DNA of 64,000 nt from Callorhinchus milii (GCF_018977255.1 NW_024704742.1:79486001-79550000), one strand, 5' to 3'. Shown: positions 12,820 through 27,364, numbered from the stretch's first letter. Notes: generated by a model from the sequence alone, not told the origin. Translations and numbers: made by a program.

Positions 12820-13170
12820 GCTAGATGTCATATTCAAGCTGTACAATACTCTGGTCAGGCCACACTTAGAGTTGTACTGTGTACAGTTCTGGTCGCTGTG
12901 ACACAAGGGGGTTGCCATGCCCTAGAGGCTGTGTAGAGCAGCACAATAAGGATGCTAACAGTGTTAGAGGCATGAACTATCAACAATGAATAGACAAGTG
13001 AGGGCTCGTCAGTCTTCAAACAAGATGTCTCAGAGGGGACTTTAGAGAAATATACAATATTTTAAATGGGATTAAAAAAGAAAACTCCAAACAATAATTT
13101 CAGATACACTGAGACAGCAGAACAAGAGGACATGCAAAAGACAATTTCAGGTCAGACAACATGTTTTCTT
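12820..13170 (+). mobile_element. Old CR1 LINE 3' fragment
   Basis: Decayed LYNTLVRPHLE..CVQFWS and LRGD motifs, plus a TRGH motif (acaagaggacat). Confidence 0.7.
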
Positions 13171-13227
13171 TAACATTGCATTACAATACAATTTACACAT
13201 GTGTAGCACCTTTCATATCAGGAGGAT

Positions 13228-13503
13228 AATAATATAATAATAATCCTTGCATTTGATATAGCGCCTTATCACGCTAGTGAGATGTCTCAAAGTGCTCCAC
13301 AGAATGTACTGGATTGACTGAGTGACCCAATTATTATTATTATTTTTGTTAAGAGATAATTAACTCCAGAAAGCAATCTGCCAATCAACTAACAATCGTA
13401 TTCCTACTTACTGGTTGGTAAACAAAGGCATGTAGAGTAAGGAAACTTGACTAAGGTTTCACCCTGCCCGGAATTGAACCTGAGTCCTCTTGCTTGCACT
13501 ACA
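13228..13503 (-). mobile_element. SINE (long form, internally deleted)
   Basis: Tail atccttgcatttgatatagcg and a partial tRNA head. Confidence 0.8.
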
Positions 13504-14307
13504 GTCAAATGTTGCAAGCGCATGACAATACTGTCTGGCCCCAGAAGATGATGATGGGAGCTGATGGGGTGAGGAGAGGAAAGATGACTGAAAGTGCAGT
13601 CAAAGAGGTACTTTTTAAGATGTTTTCTGAAAGAAGGGAAGGAAATTACTGAGGTGTAATTAACATTTGGAACAGGTTGCTAGGAAGGGTGGTTGAGGTC
13701 AGGACACTGACTGATTTAAAAAGCAACTTTATAATCTGATGGAAGGAACCTGAGGAGGAGGATGTTCAAGTAGTTCCGCTGGGGTACCTGGCAGCTAGTC
13801 TTGCAAGGATGCGAATAATGGGTGTGCGGAGCCCAGTGTGGGAAAGAATACAGGATTGCTATAATACATTAAAAAGTGATGGCATAAGAGTTCAAGTTTC
13901 TGTCTTCTCGAAACAGTGAGCTCTTGATGTGAATCAAACTGATATTGACAATTACCAAGTAAAGCCTGGTGAGTGCCAACTATAAGAGGAAAAAAATAGT
14001 GGCTCCCAAAGTTATGCTAAGTAGTTCTGTATGAATAAGTGTCTTTCAATTGATTTGTGCATGCTCTGCCTCCTAGTAGAATTTTGCTTTTTTGTTCTTG
14101 CTGGGGAAGAATAAAAGAAGAGGGAAAAGCAATGAGTGCTGTCTTAGTCAAGGTTTTACAGCCTCATGAATGCCCATGAATGACAAATGGAGCAGCAGCC
14201 TGCTCAGACCTGCACATGAATAACATGGAACTGAGATGGCCTCAAAGCTGTTTAATGTGTATCACTGTCTAGATTGATATCAGTAATGTATTAATTTCCA
14301 TATGTGT

Positions 14308-14715
14308 GTCAGCGTGGCTCAGTCGGTAGCACTCATCCCTCTAAATCAGAAGGTTGTGGGTTCAAGGCCCATATCAGGACTTTGAACTGTATTGTGTTGA
14401 CACTTCAATGCATTGTTGAGGAAGTACTGCATATTTGGAGGTGCTGTCCTTTGGATGAGACTATTAAACTGAGGTCCAATCTGCCTGTTTTGTGAGCATT
14501 AAATATCCAATAGCACTATTCAAATGGAGCATGGAGTTTCCTAGTGTCTGGGCCAACAATTCTCCAGTTNAAAAAAGGTTGTTCAATTCAAGGCTGTTTT
14601 CGGGGCATTGCTGTTTGCAAATTGACTGATCCATTTGCTTACAAAAATACAGTCACTACACTCTACAGAAACACAAGTTCTTTGAAATGTAATGTTATAA
14701 TCTGTATCAAATGCA
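14308..14715 (+). mobile_element. Old DeuSINE (SacSINE1/AmnSINE-like)
   Basis: tRNA head (gtggctcagtcggtagcact...ggttcaag), ggaggtgctgtcctttggatgagact..aaactgagg, and a Deu-type core. Family recognised from memory. Confidence 0.75.
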
Positions 14716-15431
14716 AGGATTATTATATATATACAAAATACACAATCAATCCACTTTACAGTATATCCTTATTATCATTATAATTATTATCCTGTGAAGC
14801 ACTTTGAGACGTCTCAACGACATGATAAAAGAACAACACAATACAAAATTAAATTTGTACAGCACCTTTCTCATTGGGAGGACGTCCCAAAGTGCTGGAC
14901 AGTCAGGGATATGGTGCTATATCAAATGCAAGGATTATTATTATAACTCCTTTTGTATGATAAATCAATTGTCACAGCATTAATATGTCAGCTTTGGAAC
15001 AAAAAAGAAGACTTTGCTATCAAATTTGCTTAAGTAAAATGGCAAAGATTATTTTCTAACCAGTATAGTTGCTTTCTGAAAATAGAACCTTTTCTCTGCC
15101 AAGAAAATAGCCCAGAAGCAAAATGGTGGCCGCAATCACAAACTAGAGGCCACGATTAGCCAAATATTTTGCAGCCCATAACTGTGGTGGTCACAGAGAA
15201 ATTTAGAGATGATTGAAATGATGATCAAAGAGCTAGAAATGCAGGAGATTTTTGAAAGTAGGAATAGAGACAATGAGGCAGAGAGCTGTGGGAAGAGACT
15301 TCTCACTCTAAAGCACTCTGATACTAGGTTTACAAACTGCCATGGTGTGAATTAATCTGTTGTCAAAATCACCTTGAGGCAGCTGGCCTCCAGTGCAATA
15401 ATCCCACTGCCCTGCTTCTGTTTATACTGTA

Positions 15432-15659
15432 CTTTGACCGAGCCTTCAGCTCCCCTCTCGACTCTCTTCCCCCTCCTCGCTCCCTTCCTTCCCTCCCCTC
15501 ACCCTGACCATTTCCCCCCTCCTCGCTCCCTCCCTTCCCTCCCCTCACCCTGACCATTTCCTCCCTGCTCGGGTCATGACCCAACTGTGCAGCGCCTTGG
15601 GACGTCCTCCTGATGTGAAAGGCGCTTTATAAATTGAATCTTGTTGTTGTTGTTGTTGT
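15432..15659 (+). mobile_element. Young L2 3' end with an 8-bp TSD
   Basis: Near-identical to the 5074 tail; TGTACTTT occurs at 15428-15435 and 15657-15664. Confidence 0.9.
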
Positions 15660-18600
15660 ACTTTTCATGGGGAATCGTCTAAAATGTGATTGACGTAACT
15701 GCTTGCTTTTCAACCCCCGCAGGCAGTGCTACCTTCTCATTGATCCATTACCCATCATTCATTCTCTCATACTTAATGTGCCTTAAAGAGCTAACATCCT
15801 TTCTGACCGAGAGACCGTAAAAGTACTTACTTCAGAAGCACAGCTTATCTAAATTCTCAAATATAGTCAAGCCACATTATAGTGCAGTAGTTCGGGTCCA
15901 TAAAATCGGATTGCATTCGCCTACAGATACACAGTCGGTAAACTTTACAGTAGATCCTGCAAAGCACTTTGAGATGTCATCCTGACCTGAAAGACCCTGC
16001 TCCAAATGCAAGGATTATTATTATTGCTACAGTTATTTCAGTCATTGCTGTGACATTAGGAAGCCATCTGTGTCTGTAAGCCATCTGTGTCAGAAGCCAG
16101 AAGACTATCGCGCTATAGATAGACGGTGCCTCCACATTATATTGAATCCCGGGATCCAACCATACTAGCTTAAGTAACTTATGGTGCACTTGTGATATTT
16201 ACCACATTGAATGGTCTCTAAGAGTGTCCATGGTATACATGGTCCCAATGGTGATGTCTGTGAAGCTAGGCCTGCAGCGCTGGACTTGCAGCTCCCATAT
16301 ATCATGCCCTTCAGATGTCAGCTAGCAATGCACACTATCTTTGTAGTAAAGAAAATGCTCAAATAGCTGGTATGCTGCAGTAGAAGAACTAAAAATGTAT
16401 AGCAATTGGGGCTGGCATCTCTCACTTTACCATTGAGAACAATACCAGCGTTTTTTTCTCTGGCCTATTTGATGTAATGAATATTAATATCGACCACAAA
16501 TTTGCTTTTTGAAACATTTCATATTTTTAGATTCTCCATCCTCCTCACCACCCTATTTACTTGTCCTATTTGTCACAAAATATTTTGACCTGGTGACATT
16601 TTGTTTAGACATCTCTGCAATGCAAGGCATCAGATGGAATTTTTCTCCAAGTGATCGGTGATACTGAATAGCTGTGAATGTCTGCTCACTGGTGGCTAAA
16701 ATGTGCTGTTTAGTTTGGTTTCTGACACATTGGTAACAGGCACTTCTACAAAACCAAAGCACTGATCTGGCCAAATCAGCACCTGGGGAACAATACACAG
16801 ATGCTAATTGTAACTTCATAGCTTCTGAATCAGCCTTTTAATTTCTAGGTGCAGCAGCACATTTGCTGAATGCAAATAATAACAGCTGAGAAATCACTAT
16901 TGAACTCTGCTGTTGTTTGTTCCACAAGCATTAAATTGTTCAAACAACCATTCGTTATTTATTCACCCAACAAAAGTGGCTGGTTCAATACTTGGCTAAT
17001 TCTTCTAAAGAGCAACAGGGAAGCATTGGCTGAAGTATAGTACAAGACAAATATAGGGATAAGTACAGGCAGAAATTAACAAATATTCCAAAGGCAAGGA
17101 TTACTAAAATCAGGCTTTAACAATTTTTCCTGGTAAAACATTTTATTTTTGTTGAAAGTTGATCCTGAAACCGATTTTCTAATGAATTTGACCTAAAATG
17201 TAAAATTCACTGTTTCCTTTTCACCATCTTTCGGGTGAGATGTGGAACCAAGAACAAGTTTGCCAGTTTAGGTGGATGTTAAAGATCTTATTGCACTAGT
17301 TGAAAGTAGAAAGGAGTTTCTCCGGGTGTACAGGCCAACAATTCCCCACATAAAATCGTTCATTCATTTCATGACTATGTGCACATTGGCTGCTGCTGAG
17401 TTCACCTACAAAATAAAGTCACACACTTTCATCTTCCTAAAGTGAAAAGCGCAGTATCAAATGTGCACAATGCATTGTGAATCTAACTGGGAGCATGCGC
17501 GAGATTACAAAACTCTTGATTGAAGCGTCTGTAGTAACTTTGGGGGTAATGCGGAATTTAATTTGTGGATTAAGAAATCATGGCCCTTATCTAGTTGTTC
17601 TGTGCTGCTGGGAGAGAGTTTGTGTTTGGCGGGTAGGGTGGGTACATTGTCTGTTGGCCAGAGTTCAATAGTAGAGATTTAGTTAAGGTTTAGTTGAGTT
17701 TGAGCTTTTCAGAACAATAGTTTCTTCCAGCACACAGAGTAGGTCAGATAAAAGTCATGATGAGCTACATTTCACTTCAATTGTTAAGAGAGTAGACTTG
17801 ACCCAAATTGATTTTTTTTCATATTTTCTTGTGATATAGTGCAAGGAATCATTCCGAAAAAGGGGAACAAACCCTTTTTAAAACCAGCACTTAATGCATT
17901 CCCACTACAGTTATGTAAATCTCAAACTGAATGTCATAGCAACATTGGAAATATTAGTGAATTATCTACACTCTGTATCATTAATTCTTACATGCACAGA
18001 ATTAGCTGCATCACTATCACTTAGTGAACCCTATTGAAATTTGTGCAATTGTTTGATGGAATTAGAGCAGGCATGACATAGGAGGTTGCAAGAGGCTTTT
18101 ACTGTTAATGTGTATTTTGCAGAAATAATTTCAATTTGCATAATGGCTATCAGCTTAGATATAACGTTGTTTGGAGACCAAATGCCATTGGGTCTCTAGA
18201 GTATTCACTGACTCAAAGCATTGTCCTATGTTGAGCAGAGTCATATAGATCAGAGGTTCAATTCCTGGTCAACACTGTTTTAGATGTCATACCAAGGTGT
18301 TGGGAGTGCTGCGCCTGGTTATGGATCCTGTTTGAAACCGTGTCTATGAGAGACTTAGGTGATAATCGATTCAGGTTTGGCTGTGCTGGTCTCCACAGTC
18401 AATTGGCTTACATTACTCACTGCCCAGACAAACACTTTAAAGAATACGATACAATATCATTTACATTTATATATTGCTTTTCACATCGGGAGGATGCCTC
18501 AGAGCACTTCGCAATGTTGGATGGATATCCAAGTTGAGGGAAGGTACCCAAATTGTATCATATCCTGAAGTGAAAAAATGGGAGTGGAACAAATATAAAT

Positions 18601-18828
18601 ACAAGTAGAATATTGCAGAACCACCCAACTATCCATCTGCTTGCAAAAATCAACATTAGCTCCCATCAGGAAATCAAGGTGGGCCGAGATGTTGGGACTG
18701 TAGTTATGCACAAGATTGTGAAGTATTCTGGGTCAAGATTTTAATGTAATGGGACAGAACAGATTTGAGAGACACTTACATATGGAGAGAGACTGAAAGA
18801 TAGAGAAGCAGAGGATAAGGGAGAGAGA

Positions 18829-19158
18829 CACATACATACATACATACATACATACATACATACATACATACATACATACATACATACATACATACATACA
18901 TACATACATACATACATACATACATACATACATACATACATACATACATACATACATACATACATACATACATACATACATACATACATACATACATACA
19001 TACATACATACATACATACATACATACATACATACATACATACATACATACATACATACATACATACATACATACATACATACATACATACACATACATA
19101 CATACATACATACATACATACATACATACATACATACACACACACATACATACATACA
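18829..19158. repeat. (CATA)n microsatellite, ~80 units, flanked by GA repeats
   Basis: Seen directly in the sequence. Confidence 0.99.
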
Positions 19159-21739
19159 GTTAGAGAGAGAGAGAGAGAACACAGGGTGTTAAAAGCAAAG
19201 TAGAGATGGGCAAATACACAACATCAACAGACAAATGTACAGAGCCTTGTTATCCACAATGTTTTCATATCCAAAATACAGCCATTCCCAAATAGTGTGG
19301 TAATACTTCTATACTATGAAATGCTACAAAATGCTGCATTATTTGCACCAAATAAATGTTTAGAGGGATTATTATAATGTACTGGCATGCTTTAGTTTTG
19401 ACACGAAACATGCCAATTGATGCCTTCATCTTTCATGCTTGTGGTGACAGAACATTATTATTCTGCTTATGTGATCAGATAACATCTCCCACCCAGCCTC
19501 GCAATTTCTAAATGAACCAGCGACTTTGTTCAGAGAGATTGCATTTGATTGAGGCATAATTACAGGAGTATAATATACTGAGACCAAATAGGTGTACATT
19601 GTGCCTATCATGAAATAAATTGCACCAAGCATGAGGTGAACAAATTCATGAATTTGACTATGAATTTTAAATTTTAGCAAAGATGTATCAGTTTGAAGGC
19701 TGGCAAAATGTAGCAAATCTCCAAGTAGCTCTAATATGCAGGAAATAAGCTTGGACTGGAGAAAAGACAATAATAAGACTGAACTAATCAAGAGCCATAA
19801 ATGACTCCCTGGAACAGAAGATATAAGTCATATTATGACAAGATATCTGTAAGTAAAGGAATTCGAGTGGCCTATGGAATAAGCGTATATTCAGTTGAAT
19901 AGAGGCATAATCATGGTAAAACCATTACATTTTGGTTTGGGGTTCCACTTAAGTCCTTTTCTTGTTCTATTCAGTTTCAACCACAACAACAATAAATTAC
20001 ATTTGTATAGCACCTTTCACATCAGGAGGACGTCCCAAATCGCTGGACAGTCAGGATGTGCACCACAAAAAGTTTTGAGCGTCCACTATCAAGCCACAAG
20101 ATGGGAAGGACAGATCTATATGGAGTCAGCAGGTCATAGAAGTAGGAAGATCAAGGCCATGGAGGGCTTTGAAGGTGAGAAATCTATCCTCTGGGGATGA
20201 GGAATCAGTGGAGCCAGGCGAGGATAGGGGTGATAGGGTCACAGAGCTAAAACAACAATAACAACAACTTGGATTTATATTGCGCCCTCCACGCCGGACG
20301 GTGTCTCAGAGTGCTTCACAGTGATGGATGCCTGGCCCGAGCCAGGGGGAGGGGGAGGAAGGTGACCAAAGGCGCGGTCGAAAAGAAAGGTCTTCAACCG
20401 AGACCTGAAAATAGAAAGAGAGGAGGCGAGGCGAAGGGAGTGAAAACAAATATTAAACAAAAAAAAACTGAATGTTCTTTTCAAGCACTCAGGGACGCTA
20501 TCCTGCATGAGGGGCATTATATAAATGCAAGTTGTTATTGTTAGTGACTGAAAATTTTGTAATTTAGTGAAAATGTTAGTGATTAAAAACGTTTAAAATC
20601 TCTAATTTCAAATTAAAATGTCCATCTCAGTGACATGTGGAATGAGATGGGTTTATCTTTGTTTTTCTAACTCTGTGCTGTTCTGTACCTGTATCAGATC
20701 ACCCGATAACGTGCGCTCAGTAAGGTGCAAACGCAGGACAAATCATCCTTTGGCTTAAATTCATACTTTTATAGATCGTCGCTGCTGCAATTGTCACTAT
20801 TTGAAAAGAGAAGGGAGATACGTGGTATCTGCCCAACAATCCCCGAAATAAAACTGCTCATTCACTTCAAACCTGTTTGTGGGACATTAATGTGCACAAA
20901 TTTGTTGTTGTGTTTGCCTGAAAAATACACACTTTACAGTAAATGTTGCAAAACACTTTTAAACATCCTCCCGATATGAAAAGCACTACATCAAATGCAG
21001 GGATTATTATTATTCTATTTTGAATTCATTCAGTTGCATAAAACTGTACTAAGGAAATTAAGTTATGTAAAACAAAGTACCATGCTTTGGAAAGAACTGA
21101 TAGTTAAATCGACAATTGACAGCCTGCGTGCACATACTATTACAGAATTGCCAGTTCGTCTCAATGACCTGGGCTAACATCCAGCTCAAACAGATGGTAT
21201 GAAACTCTCTTTCTAACAGATGTGCTGGCTTCTGTTTGAAATTAGTTCTCAGAGGAGGCGAGTCACAGACCAAAAATCTGCCTTCAAATCAACTCAACGG
21301 TGTTCCTCAGAAAGGGAAGCTGGGGAGCTCGAAACGGACGCTGTGCTGGGCAGGGCAGAGCTCTTTGAGTGCTGGGGTTGAAAGATGCTATCGGGAAATT
21401 GTTTTAAGAATCTTGTTTGTTACAACTGTTCCCTGCCACATCCAGCCTTAAGTTGCTTGATACCATCGACTGAGCGCAAAAGGTCACATTTCACAGAACT
21501 GCTATCGCTCACCTTGATGAATGCACATAACCAGAAAGGGAAACAAACTCTATCAAATACCGTTTCAATGGAGAGATTATATTTGATTATTTTTTTTAAA
21601 ATGCGACAGCAGGCTCAGCGTAACTCACCATCAATGAAAATGTCTTAAAATCAGTGGTATCTTCCTGAGAAAGGTATATTTATAACTGTTTTAAATGATC
21701 CACAGTGCTGTTATATTAATTCAATAGCTAGATGCTGTT

Positions 21740-22110
21740 AAGACTTTGAGCGTATAGTCAATGGTGACACTCCAAGGCTGTGCTGAGGAAGCACTATATT
21801 GTCGGAGCTGCCTTCCTTTGGATGACATCTTAAAACAAGGCCCCGTCTGCCTGATCAGATTGACGTTAAGGAACCCATGGTACTATTCAAAAGGTGAAGA
21901 GAGTAACTCCTTGGTGTCCTGGAAAAAAATCCTGCAAATTAAATAGTTCATTCACTTCATGGCTGTTTGTTGTGCGTTTGCTGCGTGCAAATTGGCTTCC
22001 AGGTTTGCCCACAAATATGCAATCGGTACACTTCACAGTATATTCTGTAAAGTGCTTTGAGATGTATTGATAAAATGCTAAGATGGTACATCAAATACAA
22101 GAATCATTAC
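21740..22110 (+). mobile_element. Old DeuSINE relic
   Basis: tgacactcc...gtcggagctgccttcctttggatgac...ccccgtctgcc, Deu-type core and tail. Confidence 0.7.
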
Positions 22111-23302
22111 TTCTTTGCTGAAGAAACACAAAATGAGGGCAGAGGTGGCCAGCTTGCTTTATAAAGCCATCTGGCTTTCCCAGATATTAAAAACTGGTGA
22201 TTATCCAGATCTGCGGAGTCATCATTGGTAAGGCAATGTGACTTCAGTTTGAAAGGATGTGAGTGACAATCTGATGCCCTGGAAGTCAACCATTTTGTCT
22301 TTCACACACTAAAAATAGCTGAGTTACGAGTCATCAGAAGTACATGGAAACCTCCTCACCTGGGCCCAGTGTCTCAGGAGCCACATTGTAAGTGAGACAT
22401 GAAAAAACATCCAAAGACGAGGCCATCATGTCGCTAAAGTCACTTCCTGTTGCTGTGCATGCTGCATGCTGCATAGCATGTATGCATAAGAAGTCATGTC
22501 AACAACAGCCACATAATATAATAATATAATATAAGATGTCCTAGACATCAGCTGAGGCAGTGCTCTATTGAAGTTTGCTATAAGGGGATTTATCTGGACA
22601 TTGCTGTCTGTAACTCTGACCACAGTTATTGCATTCTGGACTCAAATCTGGGCATTATTCTCCTCTGTGCATTCTAATGTCACACATGCATTGATGTGGA
22701 CTAAGAGCAAGTCTTAAGTTTTGCAAATGTATTCCTATGCTCGTAAAAATAACATTAATGCAATTTTAAAGAATGCAATTCCTTAAAATTGTGGTCAAGT
22801 TATTTATAAATGTACAGGAAGAAATTTGCCATGCTTACTGAACAGAGGAGAAAATCGCTGTCCCACATCAATGAATGCATTACGTTTGTAGGAAAATAAC
22901 ACTGTGCGGCATCCCATTCTGCATGGCTTCCAAGTAAATGTGCAAAAGGAAAAATTGCTGTAAATTTGTCAGCACTTCCATTTTGGCAAAGGGATTTCAG
23001 CTATTTTGCTCCCCCTCTCTGGAAAGAATTCCAGAAAGCAGGGGCAAACTGTCTGAAAACTTGATCACCAATGGTGGGGCAAAAGTGCCCAGAGATATGA
23101 AACAGGCCTGAGTAATAGATAATATCTCAGGCTCCACTGGCTTCCTGTTATCTGGATATCTGATATAATAGATAAGTATTTGGGGAGCACAAGTTTGCAG
23201 GGCTATGGGCAGAGCGTGGGGGAGTGGGATTGAATTGGAGCCAGCACGGACACGATGGGCTAATTGGCCTCCTTCTGTTCTGTATAATTCTACAATTCTA
23301 AT

Positions 23303-25110
23303 GACAACAACTTGCTTTTATATAGCGCCTTTAACGCAAATAATGTTTCGCAGTGCTTGACAAAGATTTGGGGCATAGTGCCTGTGGCTGCCGATGGTGG
23401 AGCGGAAGGGCTGTGGTCATGCAGAACACCCGAGCCAACTGAGCAAAGGTGGTGGGTTGTTAATGTGGTGTGAGCAAATCAGAGAAGTAGGGAGGTGCCA
23501 GGGTGTGCAATAATTTAAAAGTTTGAGCGTGGATCTTGAAACCAATCCATTCTGCAACAGGACGCCAACAGGAGCTTGGCAGGAACTGAGGTAATGGAGG
23601 TGCAAAGTCTTGTATGGGTGAGGGCAGCAAAATTTTATGTCATTTGGACCTTGTTTTCAGTGGAGCTGGGGATACCAGTGAGGAGTACTTTGGAAAAATC
23701 AAGGCAAGCGGTGAAGAAAGCATGAATGAGAGTTTCAGCAACATTTGAAATAAGGCCGGATTGAAGGTGGGTGATGCAATGGAGGTGGAGGAAAGCGGTC
23801 CTGGTCAGGGACCAGATGTGGGGGAGGAAGGATAATTGGGGTTTGAACCTGTTGCCAAGTTTGCACAGGTTCAGTGAGTCTGAGGGATAGACAGAGAGAT
23901 TAAGGAGTTCAGAACTGCAGGTAAAAAGACATTGATGGGAGCCAAGGAGCAGGCTTCCGGCTTGTCCGTGCTCAGCTGCAGAAAGTTGGTACTTATCCAG
24001 GCCTTGATGTCGGACAAGTAGGCAGGCAGAACATTAATAGGACTGGAGTCACGACTAGAGGAGGAAAAATAGATTTGGGTGTCACCTGCAAACAATTTGG
24101 AAGTTGACCCCATGTATGCAGACGATATCACGAGAGGGTGCATGTAAATGAGAAAAAGGGGTCAGCCAAGAATGGAGCCTTGGGGTACACTAGAGTTGAC
24201 CACGCGGGGGTGGGAGGAGAACCTTTATAGGAAATGAAATGGTGGCAGTGGGTCAAGTGGACTTCAACCATGAGAGGGCAATGCCACTGAAGTGATGAGT
24301 GAAGGGAGGTAGTTGAGAAGGATGGCATGGTCCACTGTGTCAAATGCAGTGGAGAGGTCCAGAAGGACAAAGAGGCAGAGAGAAAACTGATCACAGAGAC
24401 AAAGGATGCAATATGTAACCTTGAAAAGTGCTGTCTCCGTGCTGTGAGCAGGGTGGAAATCAGACTGGAGGGGCTTGAGAAGGGAATAATAATAATCCTT
24501 GCATTTGATATAGCGCCTTATCACATCTTCGAGACGTCTCAAAGCACTTCGCCAAATATACTGTAAAGTGAATTAACTGTATATTTTGTGGGTGAAGCGC
24601 AGCAGCCAATTGTACACAACAGTATTCCACAAACAGTCATGGATTGAAGTGACCATTTTTTTTGTTAAAGGAATTATTACCCCTGGGAACACAATCCGCC
24701 AATTAACTAACAACCGAGTTCCTACTTACTGCTAGGTAAATAGAGGTGTGTGGAGTAAGGAAATTTGCCCAACATTTTGCCCGGCCTGGAATCGAACCCA
24801 GGTCTCTCATTTGCGAGGCAAGTCCTCTAACCACTGAGCTACAGGATTCCTGGTAGGGTGAGTGGAAATTTGGGTGCCAAGTTGAGGAGCACGAATGCGT
24901 TCCAGGACTTCAGAAAGGAAGGACAGGTTTGAGGTGGGTTGACAATCAGCAAAGTTTAATGGATTCAGTTTTTTTTAGGAGAGCAGGGATGACAGTGGTT
25001 TTGACAGCTGGAGGAGAAGGACAGGTTGACTATGTCCACCAGTAGGGGGGAAGTTAAGCAGCAGTTGGGTGGTCAGCAGTTGGATGTGGAGGGGACCGAG
25101 GGAGTAGGTG
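23303..25110 (-). mobile_element. Old degenerate L2 LINE (RT region), interrupted by a SINE
   Basis: [35 protein letters not shown] and NFLQL motifs in broken frames; the tail lies near 23305. Confidence 0.9.
24484..24850 (-). mobile_element. Young SINE (long form) nested in the old L2
   Basis: Full head-to-tail copy splitting the L2 RT coding sequence. Confidence 0.92.
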
Positions 25111-26540
25111 GCTCACTGTACAAGATATGTAGTCTTTAAACTAAAGCCATTGTGAGACACATTGAAATATTGTTACCTTTGCTAAAAGGTATTAACATCT
25201 TGCTGGTAAAGTGAGAAAGTCATCTGATTATTGCAGATTTTATACAGATCTCTGCTGTTGCGATACAACAGAGCTCACTGAGCCAATTTTGCACTCTCTT
25301 TCCATCCAATGAACTGAACCTGATGTTACAAATAGATTAACAAGATACAGTGTAACATGTTGGAATGTTGTTTCCCAGTATTTAGCAATGGATTGAATTC
25401 TGAGAAATTACTCTTTCTGTGCAGTACAAATGTCCGCTGCTTCCACTTCAACCGCTGAAGTCACCCAACAAAATAGCAAGCAGTTCAATAGCAGGTTTGA
25501 GCTCCATGTCAGGAATTTAATCTCATAGTCTAGGCTTATACTCCAGTGTCGTGCTGGGGTAATGCTGTTTTGTTGGAGTTACTGTCCTTCGAATGAGCCT
25601 TTTACGTGGACATCAAAGATTCCATGGCACTATTGGACAGCAGTTTTCTCTTAGTGTTCTGACCAAGAATCTCTCAAACAAAATCAATTCATCACTTAAC
25701 TGTACGTCATTGATGCATGGAACATAGGAACATAGGAACAGGAGGAGACCAGACCATTCAGCCCTTCCACCATTTAATTAGATCATGGCTGATCTGTACC
25801 TCAACTAATACTTTCAATTCAATTTTCCCGCTTTCTCCCCATGTCCCTTAATACCCTGACCTACCAAAAATCTATCAACCTCATGCTTGAAGGTATGGAT
25901 GGATCCAGCATCCGCAGCCTTTTTGGGGGAGAGAATTCCAGATTTCTACCACCCTTTGAGTTAAAAAATGCTTCCTGATTTCACTCTTCACTCCTGGTTC
26001 TAATTTTAAGACTGCCCCTTGTTTTGGATTCCGCCACCAGAGGAAATAGCTTCTCTGTATAGACCCTATCAAATCCCTTTATCATCTTAAATGTCTCAAT
26101 CAAATCACCCCTCAACCTTCTAAACTCAAGGGAATACAATCCAAGTTTATGAAGCTTTCCTCATAACTTAACCCTTTTAGGCCTGGTAACATTTTGGTGA
26201 AGCTGCGCTGTACCCTCTCCAGCTCCAATATATCTTTCCTGAGGTGTGGTACCCAAAACTGAACACAGTCTCCAGATGGGATCTGACTAACGCTCTATGC
26301 AGCTGAAATATTGTATTATATTCCAGACCTCTTGAGATAAAAGCAAACATTCCATTCACCTTTTTGATTATCTTTTGCACCTGGGGTCTAGCTTTTAGTG
26401 ATTTGTGGATATGGACACCCAAATCATTTTGTTCCTCCACAGTTCTTAATTTCTCCCCATTAAGAAAATATTCAGCTTTATCTTTTTTTGGTCCATGGTG
26501 GATGACCTCACATTTACCTACATTGAACTCCATCCTGTCC

Positions 26541-26857
26541 TGGAGTCCTGTAGCTCAGTGGTTAGAGCACTCGCTTTGCAAGCGAGAGATCTGAGTTCAA
26601 TTCCAGGCAGGGCGAAACCTTGGGCAAGTTTCCACACGTCTAATAATAATCCCTCCAAAAAACCAAAAACAATAATACATTGGTCATTTTCAATCTATGA
26701 CTGTTTGTGGGACATTGCTGTGCGCCATTGGCTGCCGCGTTCATCCACAAATATGCAGTCAATTCACTTTACAGTATATTCTGTGAAGCGCTTTGGAACG
26801 TCTAGAAGATGTGAAAAGCGCTAAATCAAATGCAAGGATTATTATTATTATTATTAT
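26541..26857 (+). mobile_element. Young SINE (short form) nested in CR1
   Basis: Complete tRNA-Ala(TGC)-like head, core and tail. Confidence 0.95.
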
Positions 26858-27364
26858 CCACCACCATGCTCTGCCCGCTCACTTAATCTGTCTAAGTCCT
26901 TTTGTAACTCCCTACTCCCATCTACACAATTTACAGAGCCTCCTAGCTTCGTGTCATCTGCAAATTTGGATATAAAACTTTCTATTCCTTCATCCAAGTC
27001 ATTTATATATATATGGCAAATAGCTGGGGTCCCAGTTCAGACCCCTGGGGTCACCACTTGTTACGTCCGCCAATCAGAGAATGTTCCCTTTATCCCTACC
27101 CTATGTTTCTTGCCTCCCAACCAATTACCAAGCCACATCACAAGGTTATCTCCGACTCCATGCACTTCCATTTCCTTAATAATCTTTTGTGTGGAACCTT
27201 ATCACATGCCTTCTGAAAGTCCACCATTTTAGTGACCTCCTCAAAAAATTCAACTAGATTAGTTAGACACAACCTACGCTTCACAAACCCATGCTGACTC
27301 TCTTTGACTAGCTCATACCTGTCCAAGTGTTCAGTCACTCTGTCCCTGATAATGGATTCCAGTA

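Noticed and set aside
18733..19182. Three MYVC-repeat ORFs
   Set aside because: They are translations of the (TATG)n microsatellite.
26541..26612. tRNA-Ala(TGC) gene-like sequence (also at 38022 and others)
   Set aside because: There is no proper acceptor stem, and the sequence continues into a SINE body; these are SINE heads.
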